From Raillietiella orientalis (taxonomy: Eukaryota): DNA of 64,000 bases. The stretch is taken from positions 3,782,001 through 3,846,000 of the forward strand of contig JAYWIR010000006.1 of NCBI GenBank assembly GCA_036172245.1, given 5' to 3'. The notes under the pieces were generated by a model. It had not been told where the DNA came from. It was given only the letters and a program-made list of their open reading frames with translations, and did not search any database. A program made the position numbers and the translations under genes. Below, one piece after another: positions 12,418 through 25,800 of the stretch; position 1 is the stretch's first letter; every line of letters begins with the position of its first letter.

Positions 12418-15299
12418 CTGAAGAACACAGAAGGAGGTGGAGAAGAAAAAAGGATTAGCTCTGTCGTTGCGCAAGCTGCGCGCGCTCGTGTTTCACGCGC
12501 GCTTCACCCGCGGAGGCTCTGCGAACGCTCTGCACGAAAGGCAACGCTTTTCGGATTGAGAGGACTGCTCTTTGGCTCCTTCAGCAACAGCTTTCGAATC
12601 TCCTTTCTTTTCTTTTGTTGTCTTCCTCGAGAGAAGAAAGAAGAAACGGAAACAAGAACGCACATGCGGTGTTCGAAGGTCTGAAGGTCTAAGAAGACGG
12701 TCGGGTCAAAAACCGGAGTGGTCTTTTTGGGGAGCTCTTCCGACGGTGAGACACGGTTGCCTCCGAGCTGGCGGACAGACCGCCGGAGGCTCTTCGATCC
12801 TCCGCGAGAGGTCGGAAGGCTGTCGGTCAGTCGGTCGGTCGAGAACGCCGCCGCTCGTCTCTCTGAGACTTCCTTGGCGCATTGTGTTTACTCTCGGATG
12901 TGAACCTTCAGGGGGGCCCCATTTTGCCCTGAAGGGGGCGATCGAGCAAATGGAGACGAGTCTAGCATTCTGCTCCAATCCGAGGAACTCCGACCTATTT
13001 TTTTTTTTCGAGGAGAAAGGGAGGGAAGGAGACTTCGCCCCTCGCTTCTGAGAGATCACGCCCTCTGTTTGCTCACGCATTTGGGTCACTCGCCTCGGAG
13101 TGGAGCGTCGAGATGAAACGGAGAGAACTCGGTCTGTTGCAGCTCCTTTGTCTGCCCGCGGAGGAGGCGCGAAAGGTCGACTTTCGCGTTCTTCCTCGCG
13201 CGCCGCGTTTGCTTTCCCTGTTTGCGGAAGGGTCGTCTCCTTCTCGCATCTGCCGAGGTCCCCGAACACTTTCGCCGCGCGGGGCGCGTGACCTCCTCCG
13301 ATTGCGTATTTTCCGAACGCCTCCTCCCCCCGCGCGCTTTTGTGCCGAGAAAAAAAAAGCTGCTGCTGCTGCCCTCCGGAAAGCCGAGGGAAGCCGCACT
13401 CACTGCCTTGGTGCGCCCAGTCATCTCAGTGGCGAACCGGGCGAGGGAGAAGGGAGACGGGAGGGGGGAAGGAACGCAGGGGACTGCTTCAGGAGGACAC
13501 ATGCACCCTTTGCTCCCGCTCCGGCCTCGTGGGTCTTCCGGCTTCGCTTTGATTTTGGATGTTTCTCTCTATTTATAGATCTCCGAAGGTCCCAGGAACG
13601 CCGTCGGCAGGACGCCCCACGCAGGAGCGTTCGAAGCCCTCGAGAAAAAACAGAAAATCCCCCTCTCCCCCTCTCTCTCCTTCGCGACTTGCGCACCCCC
13701 GGGGGACCCTCCGAGACGCGAGCGTCGTCCCTGTGGCGGTTCGGTCTCATGGGTGCTGTGCCCAAAGTCCATCCCGCCCACCCATCCCCGGCGAGCCGCC
13801 GATTGCGTATTCGCCGGGCCGCGGGCAAGCAGCCCTAGGGCCAAGGACGGGGAGTCTTCCACGCAGTCGCCTCCACGCCCGGTGGGCGGACGGGCAGGCG
13901 GGCAAGGGGCCCCTCGGCGGGCGACCTCGCCGGACCGGAAGCGCCCGGAGGTTCTTCTGGTTCTTCCGTTTGGAGCCAACCCGGACGACGCCGAAGGTCG
14001 GATGCGGAAGGGACGGCAGAAATGGCGCCGCGGGTATCTGGACCGAGGAGCCCAGGAGCTACGTCCCCGCCCGGGACCTCGGAGAGGAGACAGGGTGGGT
14101 CGGGAAGGGGAACCCCAGCACGCCGGGAAGACCAGTTCCTCTTGGTCGTGGGTGCTGCTGTCCCGGCGTCCTCAAAGCTCCGAGTGGCGGGGGGGGTCGC
14201 CTCGGGGGACGCGGAGAGCCCCGGCGAACCAAGCCACTGAGGCCCGGTGCTTCTGGAAGTCCCTTCCTCCACGCCCTCCGCGGCGGCAAAGGTAAGCTGC
14301 GATGGGCCAGGAGAGGTGCCAAGGGACTCGCGCAGCATCCATGCAATCTCCGGACGGAGTCAATCCTCCCGGGACTTCCCGGGGGGAGCGAAGTGTGCTT
14401 GCCAGCCGCGAAGGAAGAGGGGGGGGCGATTACCCTCCTCCCCTTCTCTGTGGCAGGAGGGGAGGGGGCGTTCCTCCGCGGTCCCGAAGGCGAGTGGCCC
14501 GCAGACGCTTCTCCTCCAAGGAACTCGGCGCGGAGAATGCCAGGAGAGTTCCCTCGGAAACGTTTCCAAGGCAACGCTCCTCCGATCGCGCTAGGCTCCG
14601 GAGGAAACCTCCAGATCTCCTGGAAATGACAGGAGGGCTCAGGTCACGCGTAGGTCACCTTGCGAGTGCTTCCGGCGGGGTCGGCCTCTCCTCGCGAGCC
14701 GCTCGCCACAGCGTCCGGCCGGGAGCCTCGCCCACGTCCAGCCGAGTCCCGCTCGGAGCTACCCGACGCCACCCATGGCGTTGTTCGATGGCCCTTGACC
14801 CGGGTGTCCCTAGGAGTGGTCGCGTAGGTTGCGGGAGACCTCGGGAGGGGAAGGACCCACTCTTCCTTCCCGCGCGTCCGGTTCCCACGAAGGACCCCTA
14901 CTTCTTCCCTTCGCCGGGGCAGAAGACCTCCCCGATTGCAGACTTCCCGGATGTGCTTTCACTTCGGGTTAGGGGAGGCGCCGCACACGTCCTATGCCAA
15001 GCCACTTTCCCTACGCTACCCCGCCTGAAGATGCCTCCCGTCGGGGAAAAGCGGCCCTCGTCAGCCCGCCGAGACACGCGCGCATCCGGTCGGAGTGCAC
15101 CCCCTCCCCTCCCACGCAGCCTCCCAGCCCGCCGGAAGAAAAATGGGGTGGGAAGGGGGAAACACGGAGAGGCTGCTGGACGGGCGAGCGAACCAATGCC
15201 CGACGCTGTCATTTCAATCTCTCCGTGCCGGCGAAGCTAGCAGGGACGGAAGAATTCCTGGACGAGCGAGGAAGATCATTCCGAATTCACCGTTGTTCC

Positions 15300-15480
15300 C
15301 GAAAAGGGAAAGAGGAAGGGAGGTGGAAAAGGAGGAAAGAAAAAGGAAGAGGAGAAGGGGAGGTGGAAGAGGAAGAAAGGAGGAGGAGGAAGCAGGGGAA
15401 AGGGAAAAAGAGAGAACGAAGAGGAAAGGAGGAGGAAGAGGAGGAAGGGAAGAGGAGGAGTATGAGGAAAAGAGAGAGGA
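15300..15480. repeat. Polypurine (GAG/GAA) low-complexity tract
   Basis: Almost exclusively G/A on the + strand. Confidence 0.85.
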
Positions 15481-17719
15481 GACTGCACTGCCCCTCACTC
15501 CATGCTTCGTCCTTCGTCCGTTCACTCCGCCCCTGAGGTCTGAGTGCTCCTGGTTCAGCGTCTTCCTCGCCCCGTCGACCGTCGTGGTCCGCCGCTCCGA
15601 TGAGGAAGGGCGAGTGGTCAGCAGGGGAAAATCAGCCGCCTCCTGGTCACGTATGCTGTTCATGGTGCAGTCTCTTTCCTGAGACCCTCCCTTCCCCCTT
15701 CTCCGCTTCCCAGCCAGCTGCTTTGCTGCCGCAGCCGAAATTTCCGCTCTTTGATTTCGCGAGAGGATGGGGAAAGTGGGGGAGGAGGAGGAGGGAAAAT
15801 TCGCATTCTTCCTCCCGGAGCCCCTCCCTCCCCCTCCGTTTTGCTTCCCGCTGCCCGTAGGGGAGCGCACGCGCAAAGCGGAGATTTCCGGCTTTACCTT
15901 CGAGCCGTTTCCTGTCGCGTCCTTCCATGTGCGCCTCCCGAAGATCCAGTCGGCCGACGCGGCGGCTTCAGCGACTCTAGGGTCCTCTTCGGGCGTCCCG
16001 GTGTCCGGCAGTCCTAGCGCTCCTGTGGCTCCTTTTCGTCGTGCGGAAAAAGAGGAGAGAGACCAAGCATCAGGCCGTGACGTCATCACCCCGTCCGCGG
16101 CGCGTGCGGAGCGGCAGCGCGCCGCCGTCTGAGACCGCGGGCAGCGACGGACCGATCCTCCCGTTCCCTGGCAATTGAGTCCGTGCCTAGCCTGCGGCGT
16201 GCCCTCCTGCCTCCCGTCCGGCCCGAGCGGCGACCTCGGCTGACCGAGTCAAACGAGGCCGCGTTCGCGCTAGGGAGCACACCGGCCGCGCGACCACCCG
16301 GTAACCCGCAGCGTGACCCCACTCCTTCCACGTTCGGTCTCCCAGGACATCAGACGAAGGTCTCCCGACCTTCGTCTGATCGAGCTTCGTCCTGCTTCCG
16401 CGAATCGGGAAGCAGGGAGGAAGGAGGGGTCGATGACCTTTCCAAGCGCCATGGGCGGGGCTTTGAAGTCGTGGATGGAGGTCCGAGGAGGATGCCACTC
16501 CGGCCCCTATAAGGCGGGTTCGCGGGCGGCGAGGCAGACCCGGGGGGTTTCCCGGGATACCAGACAGTGTACGCGGTCACCAGCTCGGGCCCGTCTCTGA
16601 CCCCCGCCCCTAGCTTCCGGCTCCTCCCTTCGGTTCAGCTGCCACGCTGGAGATGCCGCCTTCCAAGGGGATGCCCCTCCACCGGGTAGGAAGGAGAACG
16701 GGGGGCTGAAAGGAGCAAGCTGATCCCCCGAGTTTGCACCTACTGCGGCCGCATCGAAGGAACGCCAGGCGATCACCAGCGCGACCGACTCGTGTCCCGG
16801 TCGCCATGGCTGCCGCCGCGGCTGCAGCCGACCGGTTGATCGCTTCCCTGCGAGCGGAGGGTCAGCTCGTCCAGACCGTCCTGGAGAAACCCCTGCGACT
16901 AAGTTCACACCCCGGGCCCCGCCGAAATCGGCCGGCCAGGGTACACCTGGGCCATTTTCCCCGGAAGGCGCGACGGTTGATCGGTCCTCGAATCGAGCGA
17001 GGTCGTGAACCATCCATCTTCCGGGCTCTTGTTCCTCCCCACCCCCGCCCATGGGGGTTCGCTCCCTTCCCAGCCCTTCCCCTCCTGCTCCCGTGTTCGC
17101 AGTGGGAGGAAAGGAAGGCGAAGTTCCCAGAGGGGATGCGCCTGGGCTTTCGGGTTGGCGCGGAGTGCAGAGCTCGGCGACGGATCGGGCATCCGTGTGA
17201 AAGGAGAGGGAAAGCAGTGCAGCCTTTTCGACCGGAAATCCCGCGCGATTTCGGTCCAGGTCAGGGCATTTTCGGGCATCTTCGGGGGGAGCGAAAGGAT
17301 CACGAGACCGGAGACCCCGAGCGAAGGGGAGTTTCTCAGGAGAGATCAACGCGGCTTGCATCCTGGAAAAACGAGCGATCCCTTCTTCTCCCCTCTCCCC
17401 CTCCTCCTCGAAAATCCCTCAGCCTTACGTCCCGGACGGAGGTTCCCGAACCATGCCGCGCCCCACGCCCAAGTCCCCTCGCACCCGCCCTCCTGCTGGA
17501 CAGGCAAAGCCATGAGAGGGACAGGAAGAGATGCGGGACCTCTCCAGAGATTGCTGCTTCCTGGAGACCACATGGAGGGTCTTTCCCCTCCCCTCTTTCC
17601 CAAGGAAAATTCGATCCCAAGAGCTTCATCGAAGATTCGCTGAGGATGGTACCTTCAAGGCATCTGTCGCGGCGTGTCTCACCTGAGTCTCTGTGGCACA
17701 CTGGAGACATAATGGGAGA

Positions 17720-17960
17720 CGGACGGAGGGAGGGAAAAAGAAGGAAGAAAAAGGGAGAAGAATGGGAGGAAAGGAAAAGGAGGAGGAAGGAAGGAAAGGA
17801 GAAGGGAAGAAGAGGAGGAAGAAGAGCAAGAAAAGGGGAGGAGGAGAAGGTGGAAGGGGAAGAGAGGAAGAGGAGAGGAAGGAAAAAGAGAAGGAAGAGT
17901 AGGAAGAATGAGGAGAAGGAGGAGGAAGAAGGAAAGAAAAGGAGGAGGCGAAAGGAAGGG
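17720..17960. repeat. Polypurine (GAG/GAA) low-complexity tract
   Basis: Almost exclusively G/A on the + strand. Confidence 0.85.
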
Positions 17961-18699
17961 AGGATAGACGCAGTGTTTTGTAAGGGAGCGCGAGAACGCG
18001 TTTCCACTCTCCCACTTCACCCCAAAAGAGACACCAAAAGTGTTCCCTCACTGTTCCTCCCACTTCTAGAAGCCATGAGAAAAGCACATTACAGTCACCG
18101 AGGCCATCGGACACACTGCACGATCCTGGTCTCTCTCGGGTGCCTTTTTCCCTCCTGTCCTATCACACTCGTTGATCCAAAAATGGACTTGTCCCAATTT
18201 TCATCCTCGCCCACTCTGATAGCCCCCCCAAAAACGACCACGAACATCAATCCACCAGCCATTTTTCCTTCCTCCCAAGCGAACCATGGTCCATTCCTAT
18301 ATGCATCCCCGGTCCTTCTGCCTCTAGGATTCTAGATGGAATCGGAAGGATAGGGAAGCTGAGAACTCGCGGGAGGGTATCCGAGGAGAGATGGCTCGCG
18401 GGGATGTCTTTGCCTTCACTCCGACTAGGGCAGCTATCTTTAAAAGTGGATGCCACGCAGGCGTCGCTCTCGTCCTTTCCCCATGCAAGAGTTTCGCCCT
18501 GCAGGAGCCCTCGGCCCCTTCCAGCAGCCTCGCGCGCGTTCGTTCCCTTGCCGGGATAACAGCCGGTGCCACTCGGCTCCCTCGCCGTCGCTGCCGCGCG
18601 AGATGGCCAACCCCACGTCCGAAATCGAGGTCAGTTATGGTGCGATCAGCTCCCCGCCGTCTCCAGTGAGCGGGCAGTCCGTCCGCGCCCGATCGACAG

Positions 18700-18990
18700 G
18701 CCCTGCATCCGTGCGCCGGCTTCCCTAGGAGGGCAAGGCTGGTGCGCTCCCGCTGCATCTTCTTTACCCAGAGCTGCTTGGAACGGGGGACATCCAGGAC
18801 CCTCCCTGTCTGCTCAGACATGCGCTCCGCCCGGATTGCTCTCGGAGGGTGGTCTCTGAACCCCCTTCTGGCTGCAGAGCAGCTTCGCCCTGGAGGGACT
18901 CCTACAGCTCGGAAGCCGCTGGCTGGTGCTTTGCGAGCGCTCTCCTTTGACGCCCCGCTTCAATCCCTGCGTCCCCTTCCGAGATCCTTC
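18700..18990 (+). mobile_element. Decayed LINE APE endonuclease end and linker
   Basis: SRCIFFTQSCL..CSD...GGWSLNPLL resembles the SRIDYIF..SDH..G.WKLN..LL motif order. Confidence 0.4.
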
Positions 18991-19199
18991 TTCTTTCGGG
19001 AGGCGTCTCCCCTTCTCTCTGGCAGCTTCTCTATCCCAGCTGCTGGACCTCCAGGCTGATAGGCCTGGGTACACCACCATTCGGATCAACTATCCCACAT
19101 CACATCGATTTAATCTAGAAGAAGGCTGGAGGAGGTGCGCTGCTCGCCTCAATCGGATGGCTACTTCCCCCACCACCACCACACACACACCAAACTTTC

Positions 19200-19380
19200 C
19201 CCTTTTTCGCTCTGCCCCCTCCTCATCTTCCTTCTCCTTTCTTCTTCCTCCTCTTCCTTGTACTTCTTCTACTCCTCTTTCTTTCTTCTTCTTCCTTCTC
19301 TTCTTAGTCCTCCTTTTTCTGCTTCCTTTTACTTCTACTCCTCTTTTCTTTCTTCTTCCTCCTCCTCCCTTCCCCCCTTC
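19200..19380. repeat. Polypyrimidine (CTT/CCT) low-complexity tract
   Basis: Almost exclusively C/T on the + strand. Confidence 0.85.
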
Positions 19381-20714
19381 TTCTATACCCAGGGTCCCGG
19401 CAATTTGGGAATTTCCCGTCCCGATTCTTTGCTCTTCTTGCGCGGGTTGCAGCGGCTGCTCTCCTCGCAGTCGTTGATAAGGCTGCATCCGTCGAACCGC
19501 CCCTGCGCGGAGCCGGCCTCGTCTGTCTCCGGGCCGGCGACCACTGCCATGGGCACCACCATCGTCAAGAATGCCCTTATGCCGTCCTTCTTTCTCCTCA
19601 TCCAGGACGAACCGGTCCAGGCGCTCGCGCATCTCCACCTCGGAGTCTCCTCAACCCTTCCCGGCGCCTTTTCCAGATGGACCGCCGGCGCCTCCCTAAG
19701 TCCTGCAGGAATGGCGGCGGCCCAGCATCCGCACTACACGTCCGCCGCATGCGTGGCCCGCGCATCGCAGCTCCCTCGGTCAGGGCCTCGGGGCGAGGTC
19801 GGCCTGGGCAGCTCGGAGGTGGACGCACCCAGCCACATCCGAGTCGCCCAGGTCCACGCAGTCCGTCCACTCGGGCATCCTGCGCGGTCCTGAGTCGGGG
19901 CCCCCGGGGACCTCGAAGTTCGCGTCCCGGAAGGCGGCCGCGTCCAGGCACTACTCCCAATCCCGCGCTTCCCCGTCCTCTTCGCCCTCGTCTGGCCTTA
20001 CCCGCGGCTGTCCTTCTTCCCCCCAGCTGACCGACGCGAGTCGGCTCCGCTGAAGCCTCGCTCGCACCTCCTCCGCCCCTGCACGCAGCAGGCGGCGGCC
20101 GCCACCTTGCTTCCACACCACCCCATCGTCCTTCCGTCCGTCCAGCCAAACGCTCCCTCCGGCGCGTCTCCCACAGGCCGGGCACCCTCCCTCCTCAACC
20201 CTTCCCGGCGCTCCTCTAGGGCGGGGCTTGCAGGCGCGGACGTTTCCCCTTCCCTCTTCCGGTGGACGTCCCCTTTTCTGGATCTGCGAGCGGCGAAGGG
20301 GAGCAGACCGCCCCTCCCGAAGCGACCCTGCGTGCTGGAAGTAAGCATGCTGAGCAGGCGCGGATTCTCCCGAGCTGCGGCGGAGGCGGCGGCGGGAGAC
20401 CAGGAAAAGGGTGCGCAAAGTCAAGGAGACTCGGGAGGCGGCGAAAGAAGGAAGGATGGCAGAGGGGGGGCTTAGATTCCGGGACGAGAGGCTGGAGCGA
20501 GCGCACGGGAGTTCTAAGGCGCGGGACTTTCGTTTCACCCCCGGTTGTTGTTCGGAACGGTCCTGCTGAGGAACGGGTGGTGGTGGTCTGCTGCACCCCA
20601 GCCGGGGGTGAGTCTCGATCCACCTACCGGCGCGGCGCACCTCGCGGGCGGATTCGAGTGCGCCCTCCTTGGTCGGCTGCAGGATGACAAGGGGGGAAAA
20701 GGAAGGGGGGGTCC

Positions 20715-21395
20715 CGAGGAGTGCTGAAGAACCGCACGCCTCCTTAAGGCGGGGGTTACGAAGCTTTTCGACGCCGTTCACGCCACCCAAGGGGACGTGT
20801 CACCCTCTCAGTTAGGGGGCACCCCAGGAAGGGACTATCCCGTGAACCCAGAGTGACTCCGGAGGGGGGAGGAGTCCGTTCCTACCACGCCTGGGAACTT
20901 CCTCTCCGGAGGGACCTCCAGTTTGTGGGAACCGCTCCTGGAATTTCTCCTCCGGAGGGAGTTCCGCAAGAGAACCGCCTCATCTTCCCTCCTCCTCCGA
21001 AGGGAGCTCCGAAGGGATGCTCCCCGATTTCTCAAATTCTCGGAGGGAGCGGTGCACCACCGACATTCGGGAGAGGCGGCCTCCCCGAAGGGGATGTCAA
21101 CCAGCTCCATGGCACGCGGCTCCCATTTTTCACAACCGAAGTGGGAACCCCGAAGAGATTCTTGATGTCCTGAAAGTTGACCCCGGAGGGTCAACTTCCA
21201 ATCCCGGAGGCGTGAACGGGGGGCATCAGGGGTTTCCGGCTGCTTTCAACAGTGCCGCACCCGAAGCCAGCGCCATCCTGTGGGGGAGATTCCTATTCGC
21301 AGCATCGCTCCTTCCCCTGGTGGGATTCGAACCCGCGACGCTCGGTGGTGCCAAGCGGCGGCGGAGACGGCAACCGCGCGGGCGCCAGAGTGGGT
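20715..21395 (-). mobile_element. tRNA-like head (A-box-like plus B-box), conserved ATG and decayed ORF1-like body; dispersed repeat
   Basis: Minus-strand GGTTCGAATCCC at ~21321-21332, A-box-like TGGCGCCCGCGCGG, ATG at 21276. Body is colinear with 31795-32450 and with the reverse complement of 43985-44190. Confidence 0.65.
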
Positions 21396-21859
21396 CGCTT
21401 CACCGGACAGCACCGTCGCCTGCCAGTCCCGGGAGGGCAGGAAGCGTGGACTTGGCCCGGGGCACGAGGAGGAAGTCGACTCGAGTCGAGAGAACGGCGA
21501 AAGTCCTACACGAAATCCACGTGGTTGCTCGAGGTCACGTGAGATCGAGGGCGAGGGATCCGGCCGAACCTCCCTGCTGGCACGGCGCCCATCGTGAGGA
21601 GGGACGGCGTTTCCTCAGGAAGGGAACCCCCGTGTTGCGCTCGGGACGAGGAGGGCACGGCTCGTTCCGGAATAGCAGGGCAGCCGTCGGCTGCTGCCGC
21701 TTCCCGAGGGGCCGCTGAGGAGGGCGGGTTTCCGGGACGGCGAGCGAGGAGTGCACAGGCGTGCGCAAAGCGGCTGGGATGCGGAAACGACGGAGGGACT
21801 CAGGGGGGTCCTCTGCTTCAGGGAAGGGGCTTCCAGGTCGCCAGGAGCGGACCGTTCGC

Positions 21860-22110
21860 AAGGAGGAGGAGGAGGAGGCAGAGGAAGGGAAGGGGAAGGA
21901 AGAGAAGAGGAAGAAAAAAAGAGGAGGAGGAGCAGAGGAAGAGGAGACGAGGAGGAGAAAGGAGGAGGAGCAGAGGAAGAGGAGACGAGGAGGAGAAAGG
22001 AGGAAGAAGAGAAGAGGGGGAGGAAAAGGCAGAAAAAGGAGGAAGGGGGAGGAGGATGGAAGTGGTGGAGAACGAGGAGAGACGACTAAGAAAGAATGTG
22101 CAGAGGAGAG
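21860..22110. repeat. Polypurine tract with a ~38-bp tandem duplication
   Basis: GAGGAGGAGCAGAGGAAGAGGAGACGAGGAGGAGAAAG occurs twice in tandem (~21924, ~21962). Confidence 0.85.
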
Positions 22111-22750
22111 ACAGGCGGTAGAGCTGGTGGGCTTGTCAGACGGTCTACAGCGGGAAAGGGGGAGGGGAGGCTTCTCAGCGAGCTCCCGGGATCCGTGAGC
22201 AGGGAGCAAGCGCATCCATGAAAGTGCGCAGCAGCCCCCAGTGGGAGCTGACAAGCAGCGAGATGGAATTTTTCTGACGCGGAATCAAGCGGTCGGGCGG
22301 GGCGTGACCTTGAACACCACCAAAAGGACGAAGGACCGCTATGGATGAGGAAGTAACGAGGAACAAGCGTGGAAAGGTTAACTCGATTAAAGAAATCCCA
22401 GCCTTTTTTTTTTTTTTTGAAAAAAAAAAGGGGGGGGGGGCAAAAAAAGAAAAGCAACAGCAACAAAAAAAAAAAATTTGCAGAAAAGAAATCAACACGA
22501 AGAAAGTTGTTACGGTTCGCTGGTGCCATTACAAAAGCAAACTGACGTTGTGCAACTGCCGCTGGAGAAACCACAGGCATGCCCTTCCTCTTTTCGCAAC
22601 GGCGTCCCGCAGTGAAGCTCGAAACATCCGATTAGAAGCGCTCCTTTCGTTTCTTTCCAGGGGAGCTCGTAGAGTGGTCTCCAAAAACGCAAGCGGGGCT
22701 CCACGTTCCGCAGGACTTGGGTATTCCGGAGACCACGAAACGCCGGGTGC

Positions 22751-22752
<2 letters not shown>

Positions 22753-22799
<47 letters not shown>

Positions 22800-22830
22800 A
22801 GGGAGGGAGGGAGAGGGAGAGGGAGAGGGG
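22753..22830. repeat. (GA)n / (GGGA)n microsatellite
   Basis: Read directly. Confidence 0.95.
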
Positions 22831-25800
22831 GAGAGTTGCAGAATTTCCTGCTTCGTATCCTCTCTTTGAGTGCGCGAGAGAATCAGCGTGCTTAGGATAT
22901 CCCCCCCTCCCCCTCCCCCGCTTTCTGCCCGGATGGCAGCCAAACTCCAGGAAAATGCGACGACGACGATCGCCAAGAAAACGCACTCGGCCTCCCTCCC
23001 TCCCTCCTCCCTCCCTTCCTTCCTTCCGACGCTTCCACGAGATCAACGGCGCGTTCTGACGAAGCGTCGTCCTCCTCGCGGCGCAGCGCGCCCGCGTCCA
23101 CGATCCCGCCGCCTTCCCGTGAGGATGTCACGCCCGCCGTGCCGCGATGGCGACCCTGACGCGACAGGAAGCGAGCAGCTTCTTCCGGCGGACATCGCAA
23201 CCATCCCGCGATTCGGCGGGAGGATTTCGGAGGGATGATCGCCATCATCCCCGGGCGAAACTTGACGCGAGGGCGTTCGATCCGACAGGGGCAGCTCGCA
23301 TCTCGGATCCGGAAGGGGATGCTGCGGGACCGGGCACGCGGGGCGTTCGACGCGCATGCTCTTGCTGAACAGCTGCTGCCCACCGGGGGCTCGTGGATGG
23401 GCCCTTGCGGCGGGGATGCGGAGGAGGCGACCAGACGGGCCGGCTCGAGACGATCAGGAGGAAGATAAGGACATGGGAATGATATCAGCACGGAACGAGC
23501 GGAAGATCCTCTTAGTGGAAAAGGTTCGGCAGCTGTTAGTCTCATCGGCTCTTCGGCTTGAGGGGAGTCCGCAACGGATGGCTCTCTTTCGTCCGATATT
23601 TAGGCGTTCTTTGTGGAAATTTTACCGAAAACAGCCACGTCTTTTCACCGGATGCTCTCAGGGTGGTTCCGTCCTCATCAGTGCAATATCAACACGAATT
23701 TCTTGACCGGGTGCTTTTAGCTTCTCTTGCCCAAGCTTCTTGTGCTAGAGACGTTCACGTAAGGATTGACCCATGGGCTCGAGTTGCACTCGCATGACCT
23801 CCCCCCCCTCGCACGTATTTGCACGCGGTCAGTTGCGAGTTTCCTCTTGAACTCTTTCCTTCCATGATTTTCATTGCAACAGGCTGGTCTGCAGAGAGTT
23901 CTAAGAACCGAAAGGCGCTAAGAAACGGGAGAGCTTGTTAAGAGCGAGGGACACGGAGAGCCGCTTCCGATTATCCACGTCCGTTTGCACCGACCTTTTA
24001 ACACGGGCTGGAATTTCATTCCACCGATGAATGGGAAATGGAACGAAGGACCTCGCCTCGAGTCTTCATCGCGTATTAAGAAACGGCCATCATTCCGATT
24101 TTCCTTTTTTTTTTTTTTTTTTTCCCGTGCCACCGAAATCCGATTCAAATTTTCTCCCTTTCGTTAACTCTGCTGCGTTCACACCGTGGGAAAAACCGAC
24201 GAAAACGAAAACCGACTTTCGGATTTTTCGTACCGGAAATGCAACAATGTCTCCCGGAAGCTTCAGCGCTCTGGGGATCCACTGCTGCCAAGGCATTCGC
24301 TTTCCGACACCTAGCGATAAAACCAACAGGGTTCCCAGCACAAGAAAGAAAAAAACAGAAATCCGAGAAGATCGACGAAGAAAAAATGCAACACGAGATT
24401 CGAATGTTCATTTGCCAGGTTTCCTCGGTTCTTCTTCCACTTTCCCCCCATCCATTCACAGATTTTTCTCTTTATGCAAATGGAAACACCTCCTCCTAGG
24501 CTGAATGCAACGACCATTCTTTCCCTAAGCATCTTCACGTTGAGAACAGGACGGATGCCTTCCAAGCCACAGCATCATTTTTACAATCCGTTAAAATGCA
24601 TCTGGTATTTTGCAAAAAGGAGGAGAACCTGCAAGTCCCGGCGCAAAACGTTTAACACGGTGCATGGAACGGGGTCGACCACAAGGGGTTGACAATGCTC
24701 CTTTTATTGCAGGGGTGCCAGGTCAGGAGGCCTGGTTTGCATCCATTACCGGCTTTTGGTTTTTAGTAATCGAAGGTGCTTCAGATCACCAAACTTTCAG
24801 TTTCAGTTTGCAGATCTGCTAGAATTGTGCACCAAGAATTACACCTAGTTACATTCGATACGAAGAATACAAAAACTGCGATTAATTTCCACATCTCGTT
24901 ATAGTTGTGTGTAAATCCAATTTCCAGGATAAACAAAAGCAAACAAACAAAAGCACATTCTGAACAGATCTAAACTCCACATTCTATAACAGTTTTAGCA
25001 AGCAATTAGCAAAAGTACAAGCTAACAGATACAGCTAGTTCGTGCAGGTTCGCGATACGTACAAATCATCCCATCGCTATAGATGGTGGAGAAAGAGGCA
25101 AAAAAAAAAAAAAGAACTCCCCCCCAAAAAAATCAATAAAAAACTTACTGTTTTCAGATATCCAGTTGAGAACATGAAACAACAAAAGGATGCTGCTAAT
25201 AAAGGACATGCTCGGATCAGTTTTCACTCTCACATCTGTTCAAGAGTGAAAACGCGAGATTCATGAGTATGCATTTTGTCTTGTTCCACTTTATGGAAGA
25301 ATTAATGAAATATAAATCGATCCACTTTTCCGCTGAGGTCACGCGAAAGTCTTGATCACATTTGTCTAAATAAGAATGGGCCGACTTTCCATCGGTCCAT
25401 TCACGACAGTTTAATTGGAAATGTCTCCGGGATAGGATCGTAAATTTAAGATTTTCGCAGCTTTGCAATTTTGTTTATATCTCCGCACCGATCCTGCGGT
25501 TCGTGGCTCACACGGTTCCAAGACACGTACACATTATACACACGCACATATAATTTTTGAACGTGGAGCAAGTGGAAATTCGCTGTCAGGACGATTCGAG
25601 GGTTCGGTTAGCATGGACATGGCAAGTTTGTTATTTATTTGTCAAAGAGTTCATGGGATATACTCATTAAAAAAAAAAAAAAACATTCAAATTGATGTCG
25701 TTCCATCTCCTAAATGCTCGTTCGGTGCGAGGCAACCGTTCCCTTGCACAGTTTCCATTTCATACTCATGATGGTTTGACAAACAACTCTGTGCAGCTCT

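Noticed and set aside
11605..12684. 359-aa + strand ORF
   Set aside because: Antisense shadow of the minus-strand exon 11962-12417.
21305..21395. Functional tRNA gene
   Set aside because: The T-loop/B-box is present, but no convincing acceptor or anticodon stems; treated as a tRNA-derived head.
13100..23500. Many long overlapping R/P/G/S-rich ORFs, including 533 aa at 16734-18335
   Set aside because: Expected from high GC and purine tracts; no domains; open in several frames at once.
24180..25270. Exon-like segments in an AT-richer island
   Set aside because: Splice signals are plausible, but frame and strand are ambiguous and there is no homology.
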